Positions 48,301-61,028 of a stretch of 64,000 bases of DNA are shown one piece after another. Where the stretch lies: assembly GCF_036365525.1 (NCBI RefSeq), contig NC_090419.1, positions 2,294,001 to 2,358,000 on the forward strand. The letters are read 5' to 3'. The position numbers and the translations under genes were made by a program. The DNA comes from Heterodontus francisci (lineage: Eukaryota). Position 1 is the first letter of the stretch. The number at the start of each line of letters is the position of its first letter. The notes under the pieces are model-generated. The model was not told the origin of the DNA. It saw only the letters and a list, made by a program, of their open reading frames with translations, and ran no database searches.

Positions 48301-48749
48301 CTTCAATTAGAACAGGCAAAACGTGTGTCTCAATGTTAGTTGTATGACATAACTTCTCAATAACATTTTACTATTCTGTAAAGCTTTACAAGATTTAATT
48401 CACAGCTTCAAATATTGGTGTGTGATGAAATTAAAACTCAGTTATGGAAACCTCACATTAAAAATGTTTTAGTTCTCACTTGATTCTAATATTGACTGAA
48501 CATGGTCATTGCTATGTAAGTGGTATTTTCCCTCTGATGGCGAATACTATTTGATCTGCTATGCATTGTGCATATCTGATTACAAATCCAAACATGATCC
48601 TATTCATAAGAGAGAAGAGGTACAGTCTGTGGATGGTCACTCGTACTGTATCAAACTTTGTGGTTATACCAGGTTAGAAAGGTATTTTGTGCACTGGAAG
48701 AATAATAGACTGTTAATACATAGAGGTTCCACTCGGTGTCTCAGTTGAT

Positions 48750-49150
48750 CCTGAACTGAGCTTCCAACCCCACATCCTCTCCATCACATCGACTGGACCT
48801 ACGTAATACCACCCATCTCCACTGCACCTTAGCTCATCTGCAACACAAACCCTTCTAAACTGCAGCTGATCAACTAATCTTGCTGCCAGTATCCACATTT
48901 GCACCAATTCCATTCAACGCTCAAACCTTTGCTCCCTTCACTACATTGACTGGTGGTCAGACAACGTCTTGACAAAAATGTAAATTTGTCTTCAGAAAAC
49001 CTCTGCAGTCTCACTGCTCTCCTCCAGCCATGCAGCCTTCAGAGTTATCTGTGCTCCTCCCATGCCTTCCATTCTGGCCCCCTGTGCATCCTCCCACCAT
49101 GGCTCCTGATTGGCAGCTACACCTTCAGTTCCTGAGGACTCAACTCTGGA
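48750..49150 (+). mobile_element. Old L2-like fragment
   Basis: Resembles 55030-55425 and 20690-20850 (ctcctccagcc...ccattctggccc). Confidence 0.45.
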
Positions 49151-49679
49151 TTTAACACCACCACCCCCCCCCCCCCCACCCCCACCTCCCCCAACCACCA
49201 CCACGCCCATCGTTAATGGATGTGGCACTGTTATTGTATCAGGAACTGTCAGGTTATCTGGGGTTTTGTGCACATTGACAGAGGGACTGACCGTGTATTG
49301 GTTAATTGCTACTGTTTCGGGGCGCATGTAGTTTACCTGGTGTATCACCTGCTCTTTAATAGACATCTTGTAACAGATGAAGTTTACTGTCATTACATAG
49401 GGGATTCCAAAAGACTATTTATTTTTATTAGAACTAGGTCAGGAAAGGATGAGATCTAACGGATTTTGTTTGTGAAAGAGTCTTGGGTCTGAAAATATTT
49501 TAATTGAAGTCATTACATCCGGGAAGGAAAAAAGCGCACAATTTCCGAAATGATTAATAGGAGAAAAATGAAAGTCTGAATCAGAATGACCATTAGGGTA
49601 ACTTTAGACCAAATTGGTAATAGAGCAGGTATACTGGGGAATGACACTAAAGAGGCAGTGTAAGTGGGGTCCCGTGACA

Positions 49680-49785
49680 ATATAAATAAAGCCAGAAATT
49701 GCTTGAGAAACTCAGCAGATCTGGCAGCGTCTGTGGAGAAAGAAGCAGTTAACGTTTCAGATCGATGGTCTTTCGTCTGAAATTA
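49680..49785 (-). mobile_element. Penelope pLTR fragment
   Basis: aaactcagcagatctggcagcgtctgtggag...gttaacgtttcag. Confidence 0.6.
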
Positions 49786-50341
49786 AGTGACAATGGAACC
49801 TTTCACTGTGGACGCACTAAGAGGAAAGGTAGGTGGACTCATCTCTAACAGGGACATGTTTTTTGTGCTGAATGGACATTCCCTTTCCCTAATCATTTTC
49901 GTATTGTGTTTCAGAAATTGTGATCAGTTTTTCAGCAGTTTTACACATGCATTCATTAAATATGTTTAAACGGTTCTGTCATGTCACCAATAAGAAACAG
50001 AAATTTGAACTCGAGCCCACTTCACTCAGTGTAATGATAAAACAGAAAACATTTGCAGTTCATTTCAACTGTTTTATCAATAATTATACTATGCTGCTTC
50101 ATGTTGTTCTGAGTCTCCTATACTGCAGGTTTAAAAACTAAAAATACAGCTTCGTTAGTCATTACATTGGGTGGAAAAATACTCCGGAATTAAAGGGTTA
50201 TTGTTTGAGTGGAATAAAGTTTTCTCTTTCCCTGCAATTGGGAAACCATCCAATATCTTTCTGGTCAATCTGAACATTGCCTTTTTTGCACATTGCTTTA
50301 TGGATTAATGTTCCATTGAGTGAACATCTAACTTTTCTGCA

Positions 50342-51640
50342 CACCAGAGAGTTCTCGCTGTCGCAGCCCGCAATGTGGAAGCTGCGTGTGATTTGAACAC
50401 TGTTTATGTAGGTTCACCTTGTGATGATGAGGACCAGCTGGTGCTGACGACGTGATCTTGGGTGTCTCCATGAAACCTGGTGACAGGGTTTAGTTCGTGA
50501 TAGGTACACAACTTCAGCAGACTCTGTCCATTCCCATTCATCCTTCCAACACCATAGCACCCAAAGCAGGAGGGCCATGAGTCATGGTCGGCCCCAACCC
50601 TGGAGTTTAAGTCCCCAGAAGGAAAAAATGTTCTGTATTAGGGATGTTAATAATGATATTATGGAGTTCCTCATAGAACTGGCCTTTAACTTCAGGTGGG
50701 GCAGAGATGCTGAGTAGGTGTACGAAAGCAGAGGCGGTGAGCAGTCGGATGGACAGTATGCATTCCGAGCCATTTGAAGGTGGTTCTATCATGCTGAGCA
50801 AAGAGCTTCTGATGGCGAAACCCACTTCATGCTGTCTTGGTTTTTCTGGATCCCTACCCTGCAAGTAGAAGGTGTAGTCTTCCTCTGTTAGAGATCCACT
50901 CGCAGGGAGGCGTGTCTCCTGAAGTGCTGCAATGTCCATATTGAGTCTACTGAGCTCGTTGTTAATGATGGCAGACTTCCGGGAGTCGTGGATTTGTGTA
51001 AGATCTTCCGGCGGGCCAGGACACATAGTTCTGATGTTCCAGCTTGCAAAACGAAGGGCTCTAAGCTTCTTTCATTTTTTTGTCGTGCTGTTTGGTGTGG
51101 TGTTACAGTCCAATTGTCGGGCAGTGACCCTGAGCACCAAGCACCCATTGAAGCAGGTGCACTGTGGCGGGAAAAAACCTTTCTGACCCGGGGCTGCCAA
51201 TTAGAGGTGGACGGTAGCTCCAGTGAGATGCGATGACCTCTCCCACTGACAAAGGCAACCCATGGCACCCAATCTCTACGCAAATTGAGCTGGACTTATA
51301 ACCCGTAACTGCTGCCTTCCGTGCTGTTTCGGTCGCTGTGAGGTGATAATGGAGTGACCCCTCCATGGCATATGCCTGGGCGGAATGGATGGAGGTTGTG
51401 AGTTGCCCAAGTGTCAAAACCCCCCTCTCGGCCTTCCTAGTGGGGCCAAAGGAGGGCAGAGCACGACGTTTGGCACCAGTATGGCTGCAGAAAAATGCCA
51501 AAACATGCCAAAGTTGACACATGACCACCTTAGTGGTTCCGCTCCGGATTTTCTGTTTGGGTACACTCCCTTAGCCTTAGTCTCTCCTGAGACACCCACA
51601 AGGCAGTGGGGTTATTAATTTGTATCCCCGAGCAGGGGCC
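50342..51640 (-). mobile_element. Older RTE, 5' half (5'UTR + endonuclease), inverted relative to its 3' half
   Basis: Homologous to 25080-26311 with a longer 5'UTR; ends exactly at ...SLVC. Confidence 0.92.
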
Positions 51641-51664
51641 CTAACGAATAAACTGTCGATTTCA

Positions 51665-52060
51665 TTGAGGAAGAGGGAAGGGGAGGAGGTGCGAGGGAGG
51701 AACGGGTGCGGGTATGTGCGAGGGGGAGGGTTTGAGGGGAAGGGAGTTCGAGAGAGTGAGGTTGGGGGAAGGTGGTGTGAGGGAGAGAGGTTGGGGCAGG
51801 GAGGTGTGAGGAGGAGGGGGTGGGGGAAAGGAGGTGCGTGGGGTGGGTGTCGGGGGAAAGAGGTACGAGCAAGAGGTGATGGGGAAGGAAGGGCGGGGGA
51901 AGGTGGTGGGGGAAGGAGGTGTGCCAGTACTGGTGGGGGAGGGGTGCAAGGTCTATAGTGGGGGGGGTGTAAGGAGGTGCGAGGGTGTGGGGGTGGTGGG
52001 GGGAAGGTCTCTGCGATGGAGGAAGGTGGCGGGGAAGAAGTGGGTGCGAGGGGATGTAAT
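51665..52060. repeat. G-rich low-complexity tract
   Basis: Dense GGG runs on the + strand. Confidence 0.8.
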
Positions 52061-52327
52061 CGCTTGAACATGTGGACTGTCCCCAGTTGGAGAACAGGCA
52101 GTCCATGCACTCATCGTTGCCTCAGTCCGGGCACTGTGGCTCTGGCTCCAACGCAATCCTTTAGCAGTTCTGGCCGCTGGTGACGCTGAGCCTGAATGCC
52201 GCCACCCAGCGACGCCAAGTCAGCTTCAGGCTTCGGGAGCTGGGATCCTGGTTCCAGCTCCCCGCCAGCTCTAGTAGAGACCAGGCATCTCCATTGGAGG
52301 TGAAGTGGCATGATTCCCTGACTGGCC

Positions 52328-52500
52328 TGCATCTTTGTTTTAACAGTTTCAATAGGGAAGGAGAGTGTGTGGGCAACAACTGCTGCCAGACAGCCATTCG
52401 CAAAATTCTGGAGAGGAGTTAGTTTCACACTGGGCTTATTCCAGAGTTCATCCAGGTTGATGTAGACCAGAAAGGAACCTGCAAAAAAGGGTCCTGCGCC
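52328..52500 (-). pseudogene. SLC25A43: Isolated exon of mitochondrial carrier SLC25A43
   Basis: GAGPFFAGSFLVYINLDELWNKPSVKLTPLQNFANGCLAAVVAHTLSFPIETVKTKMQ; carrier signature Px[DE]xx[KR]x[KR]; closely resembles the recalled SLC25A43 segment ...QNFAN.CLAA....TLSFPFETVKRKMQ. Confidence 0.8.
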
Positions 52501-52508
52501 CAGTAAAC

Positions 52509-54128
52509 TGCAGCAAGCTTAGACTCAAACTAAAGAAGCTACACCACTCCAAGCAGAAGGGCATCAACACTAACAGAATTCCTTCCCCACAGCTGACACA
52601 AAAGTTTCTTAATTCACATGAAAAAGTCCTTCAAAACACTCCTGCAGTGGATGCAGAGACCAAGTGGGCCCACATCAGAGATGCCATCAATGACTCAGCA
52701 ATGACCACCTTTGGCAAACGTGAGAAGCAGAATGCAGACTGGTTTCAATCTCACTTTGAAGAGCTGGAACCTGTCATAGCCGTTAAGCCATTACACTGCT
52801 GAACTACAAGAAAGCCCCCAGTGAGTTAACATCCTTAGCACTTAAAGCCGCCAGAAGCATCGTGCAAAGAACAGCCAGGCACTGTGCAAATGACGACTGG
52901 CAACATCTATTCAGCTGGCCTCTGACACCAGAAACATCAGAGGAATGTATGATGGCATTAAAAGAGCTTTTGGGCCAACCATCAAGAAGAACACCCCCAA
53001 CTCCAGTCTAAATCATGGGAAACGATCACTGACCAAAGCAAGGAATGGGCTGCTGGGTGGATCACTACTTAGAATTGTACTCCAGGGAAAATGATGTTAC
53101 TGATACCGCCCTCAATGCAGCCCAGTCTCTGCGAGTAATGGATGAGCTGGACGAACAGCCAACAAAATCGGAACTCAGTGATGCCATTGATTATCTATCC
53201 AGTGGAAAAGGCCCTGGAAAGGAGGGCATTACCCCTGAAAAAAAGTGGTTGCCATCAACGAATTTGGCCTAACCATAAGCCTCAAGAAAACGAACATCAT
53301 GGGACAGGACATCAGAAATGCTCCATCCATCGATCTCGTCGACCAGGCTCTGGAAGTGGTTCAAGAGTTCACCTACCTAGGCTCAACTATCACCAGTAAC
53401 CTGTCTCTCGATGCAGAAGTCAACAAACGCATGGGAAAGGCGTCTGCTGCTTTGTCTAGACTGGCCAAGAGGGTGTGGGAAAATGGCGCACTGACACAGA
53501 ACACAAATGCCCAAGTGTTTCAAGCCTGTGTCCTCAGTACCTTCTCTACAGCAGGGAAACCTGGACAACATATGTCAGCCAAGAGTCTCAACGCATTCCA
53601 TCGTCGCTGTCTCCGGAGAATACTTGGCATCATGTGGCAGGACTGCATCCCCAATGCACAAGTCCTCGAGGTGGCCAACATCCCCAGCATATACGCCCTA
53701 CTGAGCCAGCAGTGCTTGAGATGGCTTGGCCATGTGAGCCGCATGGAAGATGGCAGGATCCCCAAGGATGTATTGTACAACAAGCTCTCAGAAGATGTCT
53801 GCAAATGCAACATGAAGTCCTGTGACATTAACCACAAGTTGTGGGAGTCCGTTTCCTGAGACCACCAGAGCTGGCGGGCAGCTATAAAGGTGGGGCTAAA
53901 GAGAGGCGAGTCAAAGAGACTTAGCAGTTGGCAGGAAAAGAGATAACAGCGTAAGAAGAGAGCCAACTGTGTAAGCCCCACCGACCAATTTCATCTGCAT
54001 CGCCTGTGGAAGAGTCTGTCAATCTAGAATTGACCTTTATAGCCACTCCAGGCGCTGCTCCACAAACCACTTGACGACCTCCAGGCGCTTACCCATTGTC
54101 TCTTGAGACAAGGAGGCCAAGGAGAGAG
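52509..54128 (+). mobile_element. Older RTE, 3' half, with the RT core deleted
   Basis: Starts at CSK.RL..KKL; jumps from ITPE to NEFGLTISL at ~53243; ends gagacaaggaggccaagg. Confidence 0.92.
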
Positions 54129-54254
54129 TGAAGATATGTACACATTCTCAGATCAGATCAAATACTTTCTGACGCCTTATTCTGTGCTATGAAAATGATA
54201 ACATTCTAAAGTTTCAAATTTCTCCTGCTCATTCCCGGCAGGTTATGGTGGTAT

Positions 54255-54504
54255 AAAAGCAAGAAATGCTGGAAACACTCAGCAGGTCTGGCAGCATCTG
54301 TGGAGACAGAACCAGAGTTAACGTTTCAGGTCAGTGACCCTTCATCAGAACTGGATCAGAAGTGGCACTTCTGATGCAGGGTCACTGACCTGAAACATTA
54401 ACTCTGCTTCTCTCTCCACCGATGCTGCCAGTCCTGCAGAGTATTTTCAGCATTTCTTGTTTGTATTTCAGATTTCTAGCATCTGTAGTTTGTTGCTTTT
54501 ATTT
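54255..54504. mobile_element. 250-bp palindromic Penelope-derived insertion
   Basis: Inverted arms ~54255-54352 and 54367-54465; TSD aggttatggtggtat at 54240-54254 and 54505-54519. Confidence 0.9.
54316..54352 (-). ncRNA. Minimal type I hammerhead ribozyme with canonical core
   Basis: AGTT-CTGATGA-agggtcactgacct-GAAA-CG-TT-AACT. Confidence 0.72.
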
Positions 54505-55029
54505 AGGTTATGGTGGTATCTGGCCTCAAGACTCTGCTCTTGACCTGTGAGCCAGAAGTGCATTTCATTTTCAGCACAGGGAGAATTCTGGGAAAAATCA
54601 CGAAATATCCTACCATGTTTCCATGGGATTTCATCGTGTATCAAGACCCTGCCAGATGTGTATGGGGTTTCACAGTGAATCAGGATCCTGCCTGGTTTGT
54701 ATGAGGTTTTGCAGCATATCAGGGTCCTTCCACGTGTGTATGTGGCTTTACAAGATCAACATCTAGATTAAGGGAAATAATGCAATGTCCGTCTATCAAA
54801 AGGGATACTTTGTAAGTCCTATGAATTGTAACTTGAACCTACGCTGAATAGTTAAGAACTGGTGGAAAATCTGAATGACATTCAAACATATCCCTCCAGT
54901 CTTTGAACTTCTGATTTTCAGATTCTGACAGCTTCTAAACAAGCAGTTACATTAAAATACGCCTGATGCTCAGAGGTGTTATAACAGAGTTGAGCTTCCA
55001 ATTACATATCCACTTCATCACTAACATCA

Positions 55030-55425
55030 CCTACTTCTACCTCCATAACATTGCTCAAATCGGCACCTGCCACAGCTCATCTGCTGCTGAACCCCTCATT
55101 CATACCTTTCCTGCCCTTAGACTTGACTAATAGAAAGCTCTCCAGTCCGGTCTCCCATCCTCCACCCTCCCTAAAATTAAGGTCATTCAATATTATGTTT
55201 CTGGTGTCCCAACACGAACCAGGGCCCATTCAACCCTCAGACCTCTGCTCGTGGACCGACATTGACGGTCATCTGAGCAATTTCTCGATTTTAAAATTGT
55301 CATGCTTGTTTCCAAGTTCCTCCACAGTTTCTCCCTTCCCTATCTCTGTAAACACCTCCAGCCTCACGGCATCTGTGAACTTGATGCTCCTCTCATTCTG
55401 GTCTTTTGTGCAGCCCCAGTTTTAA
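55030..55425 (+). mobile_element. L2-like fragment
   Basis: tttaaaatt.tcat.cttgttt.caa.t.cctcca...ccctatctctgtaa. Confidence 0.6.
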
Positions 55426-55884
55426 TTGAGGAGTAGAGTGAAAGAGAAATACTGGAAATAGAAGGAAAAGATCTGTTCAGTGATGGAATCTCAGACATAA
55501 AACAATCGCTGGGCCGTGTATTGATTCATTCTGAACATGGTCTGGACATTCTGTAAACATCTAGATTCAGTCATTAACAACAATTAAATCAGATGAAACT
55601 AAAATAAAATTCATATGTAAAAACAGACAATGCTGGAAATACATCACCAGCATTGTTGAGAGATAAATAAATTTAATGCGTTAGGCCCATGAACTTACGT
55701 CACAACTAAAAACCTGCAGATCAAACAGGTTGTAAGCAAGTACGGAGGCAGGCAAGGGATGGGGCACGGGAGGAAAGTACACGAGGGAATGTGTGTGATA
55801 AAGTGGAAGACAGGGCCCTGCTCTTTGCAGAAAGAAAGAACATGTACAAACATTGCGCTTGTTGCAGCTGAACAAAATAAATCA

Positions 55885-56170
55885 TAGCCATTCACTGGTT
55901 CCTTCCTCAAGGCAATGCCTTGGCCAATCAAAGTCAAGCTGCCTGGTTTAAATTTAAAACAAAGCTTGACAGTTAACTGTCAGTCATCGTAAACTGGTGC
56001 ATAGTCCATGGCAACACCGCTACCAATCAGAGTTCACTTGCCAACAAATCAGCAGTCTCCTCTCATACAGTATAAAGTCGTTGTTTTCCATTACATTGGT
56101 ATTCTGAGGATTGGCCTGATGAGTGCAAGATGAAAATCTTCAACAATATGTCCCTATTTTCAGCAACACT
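55885..56170 (+). other. Promoter-like unit followed by a hammerhead motif (solo pLTR/retrozyme-like)
   Basis: CCAAT at 55924 and 56023, ccatggcaac at 56006, TATAAA at 56071, CTGATGA at 56116, GAAA at 56132. Confidence 0.55.
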
Positions 56171-56764
56171 CAAATTGGAGTAATTTAAACATAATTCATT
56201 TTATCTGTCCTTCAGGACACAACACTTGTGGAACCTACTTCTCAACTATTGGCCTTCACAGCCATCAGAAAAGGTACAGCTAGAGAAGACACCCCAGCTA
56301 AATGGATCGTTTTCTGCATGCCCATCATCTTCCATAGATGGAAGGATGCCAAGCAGTATTCAACATGACATCAGATTACCGATTGCCAATATGATCCACT
56401 TGTTTCTCATATTCATTTCCGTTTGTTACATTTTGTAATTTATTGGAAATAAAACAGCAGAAAATCAAAACTCCAGTACCATGGAAGGGACAAGTCTGAA
56501 CTGAGGGAAGCAACTGGAAAACTGTCTGAAAAATGTTCGTCAACTAACCAAAACAACTACTGTTGGTTTATCGGTTAGTAAAATTAATCAATAATAATGA
56601 TAAGAAATTCAATCACTCCATTCAATTTGCCCTCAGTATTTGAAATATCTGATGCCCATTATTTTACGCAGTCACTGCTAGTGTGAAACTTCAGCAACTG
56701 AGAACATTCAGGATGTTATTCATCAAATCTTACATTTATAAAGCGGGATCAATGTAGATAAGAT

Positions 56765-58235
56765 GGAGTACGGTAATGAACTGGTTATGTTTCAGGACAT
56801 CTAATCCAGAGAAGAGAGCGTTTACCAGTTTGAGAATTTAAATTCAAATTTCAAATTGAAATATTTAGAAATAAAAGCCTGGTATCGGTAAAGAACATTG
56901 TTGCATTACCTAATCCACATTCGGTTTGATTTCCACGTGACTGGAGTTCCACACCAATGTGGTCTTCTCTAAAATGGATAAGAAGAATGGAACCAGACAA
57001 GAAACTTGGCTGGGGCCTCGGTGATGGATTCAAACATGACGAAGGAGCATTCAGCCCAGTCAACACTACAAAGTCATTCTCATTGATGTCTGGGTACTTG
57101 TGTCAAATGGAGCTAGGTGGAAGATACATTTGTCAAGCAAGAATGTGACAATTATAGTTATAATATCATGTTTATTAGTCAATTTCCCAGATTCCTTCAT
57201 CAACAGCAGAAGCAGAATGTGGTAGAGCTAAATGATCTCAGAACCAATGGATCAGATTAATGCTGCCCAGTCCTGTCAAATCCAATTCCAGAAGCTGCTG
57301 AAAAATTGGCCAAATATGGCCATCATCGATCACATCATCTATCACATTCCCTCAGCTGAGGAATCAATAATCCCCCATATTAAACTCAACTTGGAGGAAG
57401 GACTGAGAGAAGCAAGTACAATGAATGGTTGGATAATTTCATGCTCCGTTTCCAAACAATTCCATTCACTCCATGAAATAAACAATTGCCTGAGAGCACT
57501 GGACAGAACAAAGGATAGGGACCCCGACAGTATTCTGGCTGTAACTTTGAAGATTAATTCTGGAGCTAATGGAACATTCTGGAACGAGCCATGTCTCAAT
57601 CCAAGTTGTTTCAGTACAGCCACAATATTGACATATCCCTGACAATATGGAGAATTGCTCAGTCATGCCCTGCACACACAAAGCAAGATAAACCTAAGCT
57701 CGCCAATTACTGTCCCACCAGCCTACTCTGAATCATCATCAAAGTCGTCACTAGTGTTATCAAGCACCACCTACTTACAATAAACTGCACCAATCGTTTG
57801 AAGACCTCATTACAGCCTTGATACAAAGATGGACAAAATAACTGAATTTCAGACAGGTGGTAAAAATGACTGTCTTTGACATCAACGCAGTATTCCACCA
57901 ACGGTGGCACCGAGGAGCCCAAGTAAAACTGAACTTGATGGAGATAAGGAGAGAAAACGCTCCAGTGGTTTAATCCAAATCTTCTACAAATAAATGTTGC
58001 AGCGCTTGTTAAAGGCCATTCATCTCAGCCCGAGGACATCCCTGCAGGAATTCAATGGTGCACAGCCCCTGGACTTAACATCTGTAACCATATGCAGAAA
58101 GAACTAAGCATGAGCCAGACTTCTGCTGACCAATGACAAGTGGCACTTAAATCACCCAAGTGCCTTGGCCATTACCACAAGAAAATCTAACCGCCTCCCT
58201 CCTTCATTCATAGTACCATCGACATCATCACACCT
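56765..58235 (+). mobile_element. Old LINE relic, family of 2100-2700 and 46762-47560
   Basis: Degenerate 5' and RT segments (ctttgacatcaa.gcag.att..acca..gtggcac). Confidence 0.6.
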
Positions 58236-58329
58236 AGTCTAATCCAATCTCAGCCACCATTAATAAGGTGGGGGCGGGGGAAGTGTGGAGGGGTTGTGAG
58301 CGGTGTGGAGGGGTGGAGGGGTGGTGAAC

Positions 58330-58810
58330 CGAGGCACAAGAGGCCAGAATAAGAGGGAACTGTGATTTGCAATTGCACCTGACGGTTATAGGGCTGGAGG
58401 AGGTTACAGAGATCGGGAGTTCGAGGCCAGGAGCAATAGTTGAACGGGACAGGGAACAGGCAGGTGTTTTGAATGAGCTGAAGTTTACAGAGGGCAGAAG
58501 AACGTAGGCTAGCCACAGAATCATGTACCTAATTCAGCCTAAAAGTGAGAAAGATGCGGATGAGGCTGGCATAGGAGTGGAGACGGCAATGTTATGGAGG
58601 TGGGTGTCTGTTATATTTGTGATGGAGCAGATATGGGATCAAAAGCTAAGCTTTGAGTGCAAATAGCAGGTTGAGGTTGTAAACAGATCGGTTCAGTTTA
58701 AGTAAGTTGGTAGGAAGCGGGATGAAATAAAATGGCATGGAGATAGAGCTTGTGCGAACAGCAGAAGACGATCACTTCAGGCATCCCAATATCTAACTTT
58801 AGGACATTGC
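58330..58810 (-). mobile_element. L2-like fragment
   Basis: aagaggccagaat...gggctggaggaggttacagagat. Confidence 0.6.
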
Positions 58811-60494
58811 AAGCTAAATAAATGGGACGATCTAAAAATAATAGATTATAAATAGTGAAGGAAAAACAGACCTGATTTTGCAGTCAACGCCAGTCATTTA
58901 GCACCTTTGTCCATAGACTTTTTTGTTCCAATAGAAGTCCTCAGTCAACTCTTGAAAAAGCACAGCAGCTCCTGCAGAATACCTGGGGTGCATAGGAATC
59001 GGGCTAGTAATTGTGTGTCTCCTCAACCAAGAATCGTTAATGAGCATGGAAGATCTGAGCTGGGAAATGTGACTTGGAATATTCAATTCAGCATCAAATC
59101 AGACACAGAAAGTAGAAGAAAGGGAAGGAATGAAAGGTTACATATATAGAGAGATAAAAGTTCAGAAAGCAAACATTACAACATTTTTATTATTTTCTTA
59201 AATCTCCAACTAATAAATCTGAACATCTGGAGATGTTGGAGTTACTGTTGGAGAGAGGGATTTTAAAACTTTAGGCTTTATTCCACTGCAAGTGAGCAGA
59301 TTAAGTGAAACATTCATGGGCAGCTTCAGATCAAATAAATAACTAGGTTGGTTGTGTAAGAAATTAACGTTAATGGGTCGTGAACAGTAAAGATCAGACT
59401 GGGTTGCTTGGATTCCAACTTGGACAAGTGGAAGCTGATGTTGGCACCCTGCTAGTGTATCATTCCCATCTACTTCTGTTCCATTAAAGGGAACTGGCAG
59501 CATATTACAAGCTTCTTGTATTGAAATTCCTGAAGTACTCTATCAGGGAGTGACTACCATCCGGATTGTGTCTCCGCCAAAGTTGGAATTGACCTCCGTT
59601 GATCTTCAGGGGAGAATAAACGCTGTGCAGCAACAGGTTTTCAAGCCACCAAGCTTTGGCCACCTATCCTGACGTCTAACATCCTAATATATGTGGCTCA
59701 GTGTCCTATTTTGCCTGATAACGCTCTTTTAAGAAGTTACCAGGAATGCGTTATTGCGTTAAAAAAAAGGTTAAATACACGTGTATGATTGCTGTTCATG
59801 CACTCTCCTGGATCCATTGTCCTGGAATTCTTTAAAATAGCGGAGTCCAGAATTGCTTTTCTCCCATCTGGAAAAGATTCAACTAGCAACATTTCACTCG
59901 GTTTTCTGTGGCAAAGGAGGACCTAACTTAGAAAGACTGGATCACATCTTTCCAAATGCTTTTGGTAACATCCAATTAGTTACATTCACCTGCTCTTTCA
60001 CCGTTAATGTTTCCTTTAAGTATTTAAGCGTTTCCTTTTTGAATTTTTTATGGAATCTCCTTCCGTAACCCTTTCAAACAGTTTATTCCAGATAATAACA
60101 ATGTGCTGCATCAAACATTTTTTTTATATAATCATGTCGCCTCTGGTAATGTTGTTCTACACACCCAACACTCAATCCTCACTCCATATTTTTAGGACAT
60201 TGTAACATTTTCATTGTTTCTTTTTGTTTAATACCAGGTGAATTCGTCTCTCATTACTTTGAAACTACCTCTCTTACTCCCTGCTAATAATCTTTCAATT
60301 TTATTTCTCCTGTTCCACAGTTCCGACAGGTTTTTAAATAAAATTACAATCTCGTTTCGTCAGCTGATGCCTTTCCTGCTTAATTCACCTATTCTATAAA
60401 ACCATTGTTGTTGATCGGTCCAGATAGTTTTTGTCCCTTTCCTTCCCCCTGAACTCACTCAAGTGCTCCAAGAGCTTGAACATTGCTTTCCGCT

Positions 60495-60825
60495 GCTAGC
60501 ACTGCAGCTTCACAGCGTCCAGCGACCCCGGGTTCAATTCTGGGTACTGCCTGCATGGAGTTTGCAAGTTCTCCCTGTGTCTGCGTGGGTTTTCTCCGGG
60601 TGCTCTGGTTTCCTCCGGACTTGCAGGTTGATAGGTAAATTGGCCATTATAAATTGTCCCTAGTTTAGGTAGGTGGTAGGGAAAAAGAGGGACAGGTGGG
60701 GGTGTGGTAGGAATATGGGATTAGTGTAGGATTAGTATAAATGGGTGGTTGATGGTCGGCACAGACTCGGTGGGCCGAAGGGCCTGTTTCAGTGCTGTAT
60801 CTCTAAATAAATAAAATAAATAAAA
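60495..60825 (+). mobile_element. HE1-like SINE, slightly 5'-truncated
   Basis: Matches 31330-31650; (aaata)n tail. Confidence 0.9.
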
Positions 60826-61028
60826 ACTTGCCAAAGCTCTTTCGACAGCACCTTCCAAACACACGACCTCTACCACCTAGAAGTACAAGGGCGACAAATG
60901 TATAGGTGCATCACAACTTGGACATTCCCCTTCACCCTGACTTGGAACTGTACCATCATTTCTTCACTGTCGCTGGGTCAAAATCCTGGCATTCCCTCCC
61001 TAACAGCACTGTGGGTGTATCTATCCCC
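60826..61028 (+). mobile_element. LINE 3' fragment, family of 46762-47560
   Basis: cgacagcaccttccaaac...ctccctccctaacagcactgtgggtgta. Confidence 0.75.

Noticed and set aside
51577-52183. Pro- or Gly-rich ORFs (also Arg/Glu-rich ORFs at 21549-22551 and His/Thr-rich ORFs at 61819-62188)
   Set aside because: Translations of low-complexity or microsatellite DNA
59210-59503. 97-aa minus-strand ORF as a gene
   Set aside because: No recognisable domain and no consistent exon chain; left unassigned
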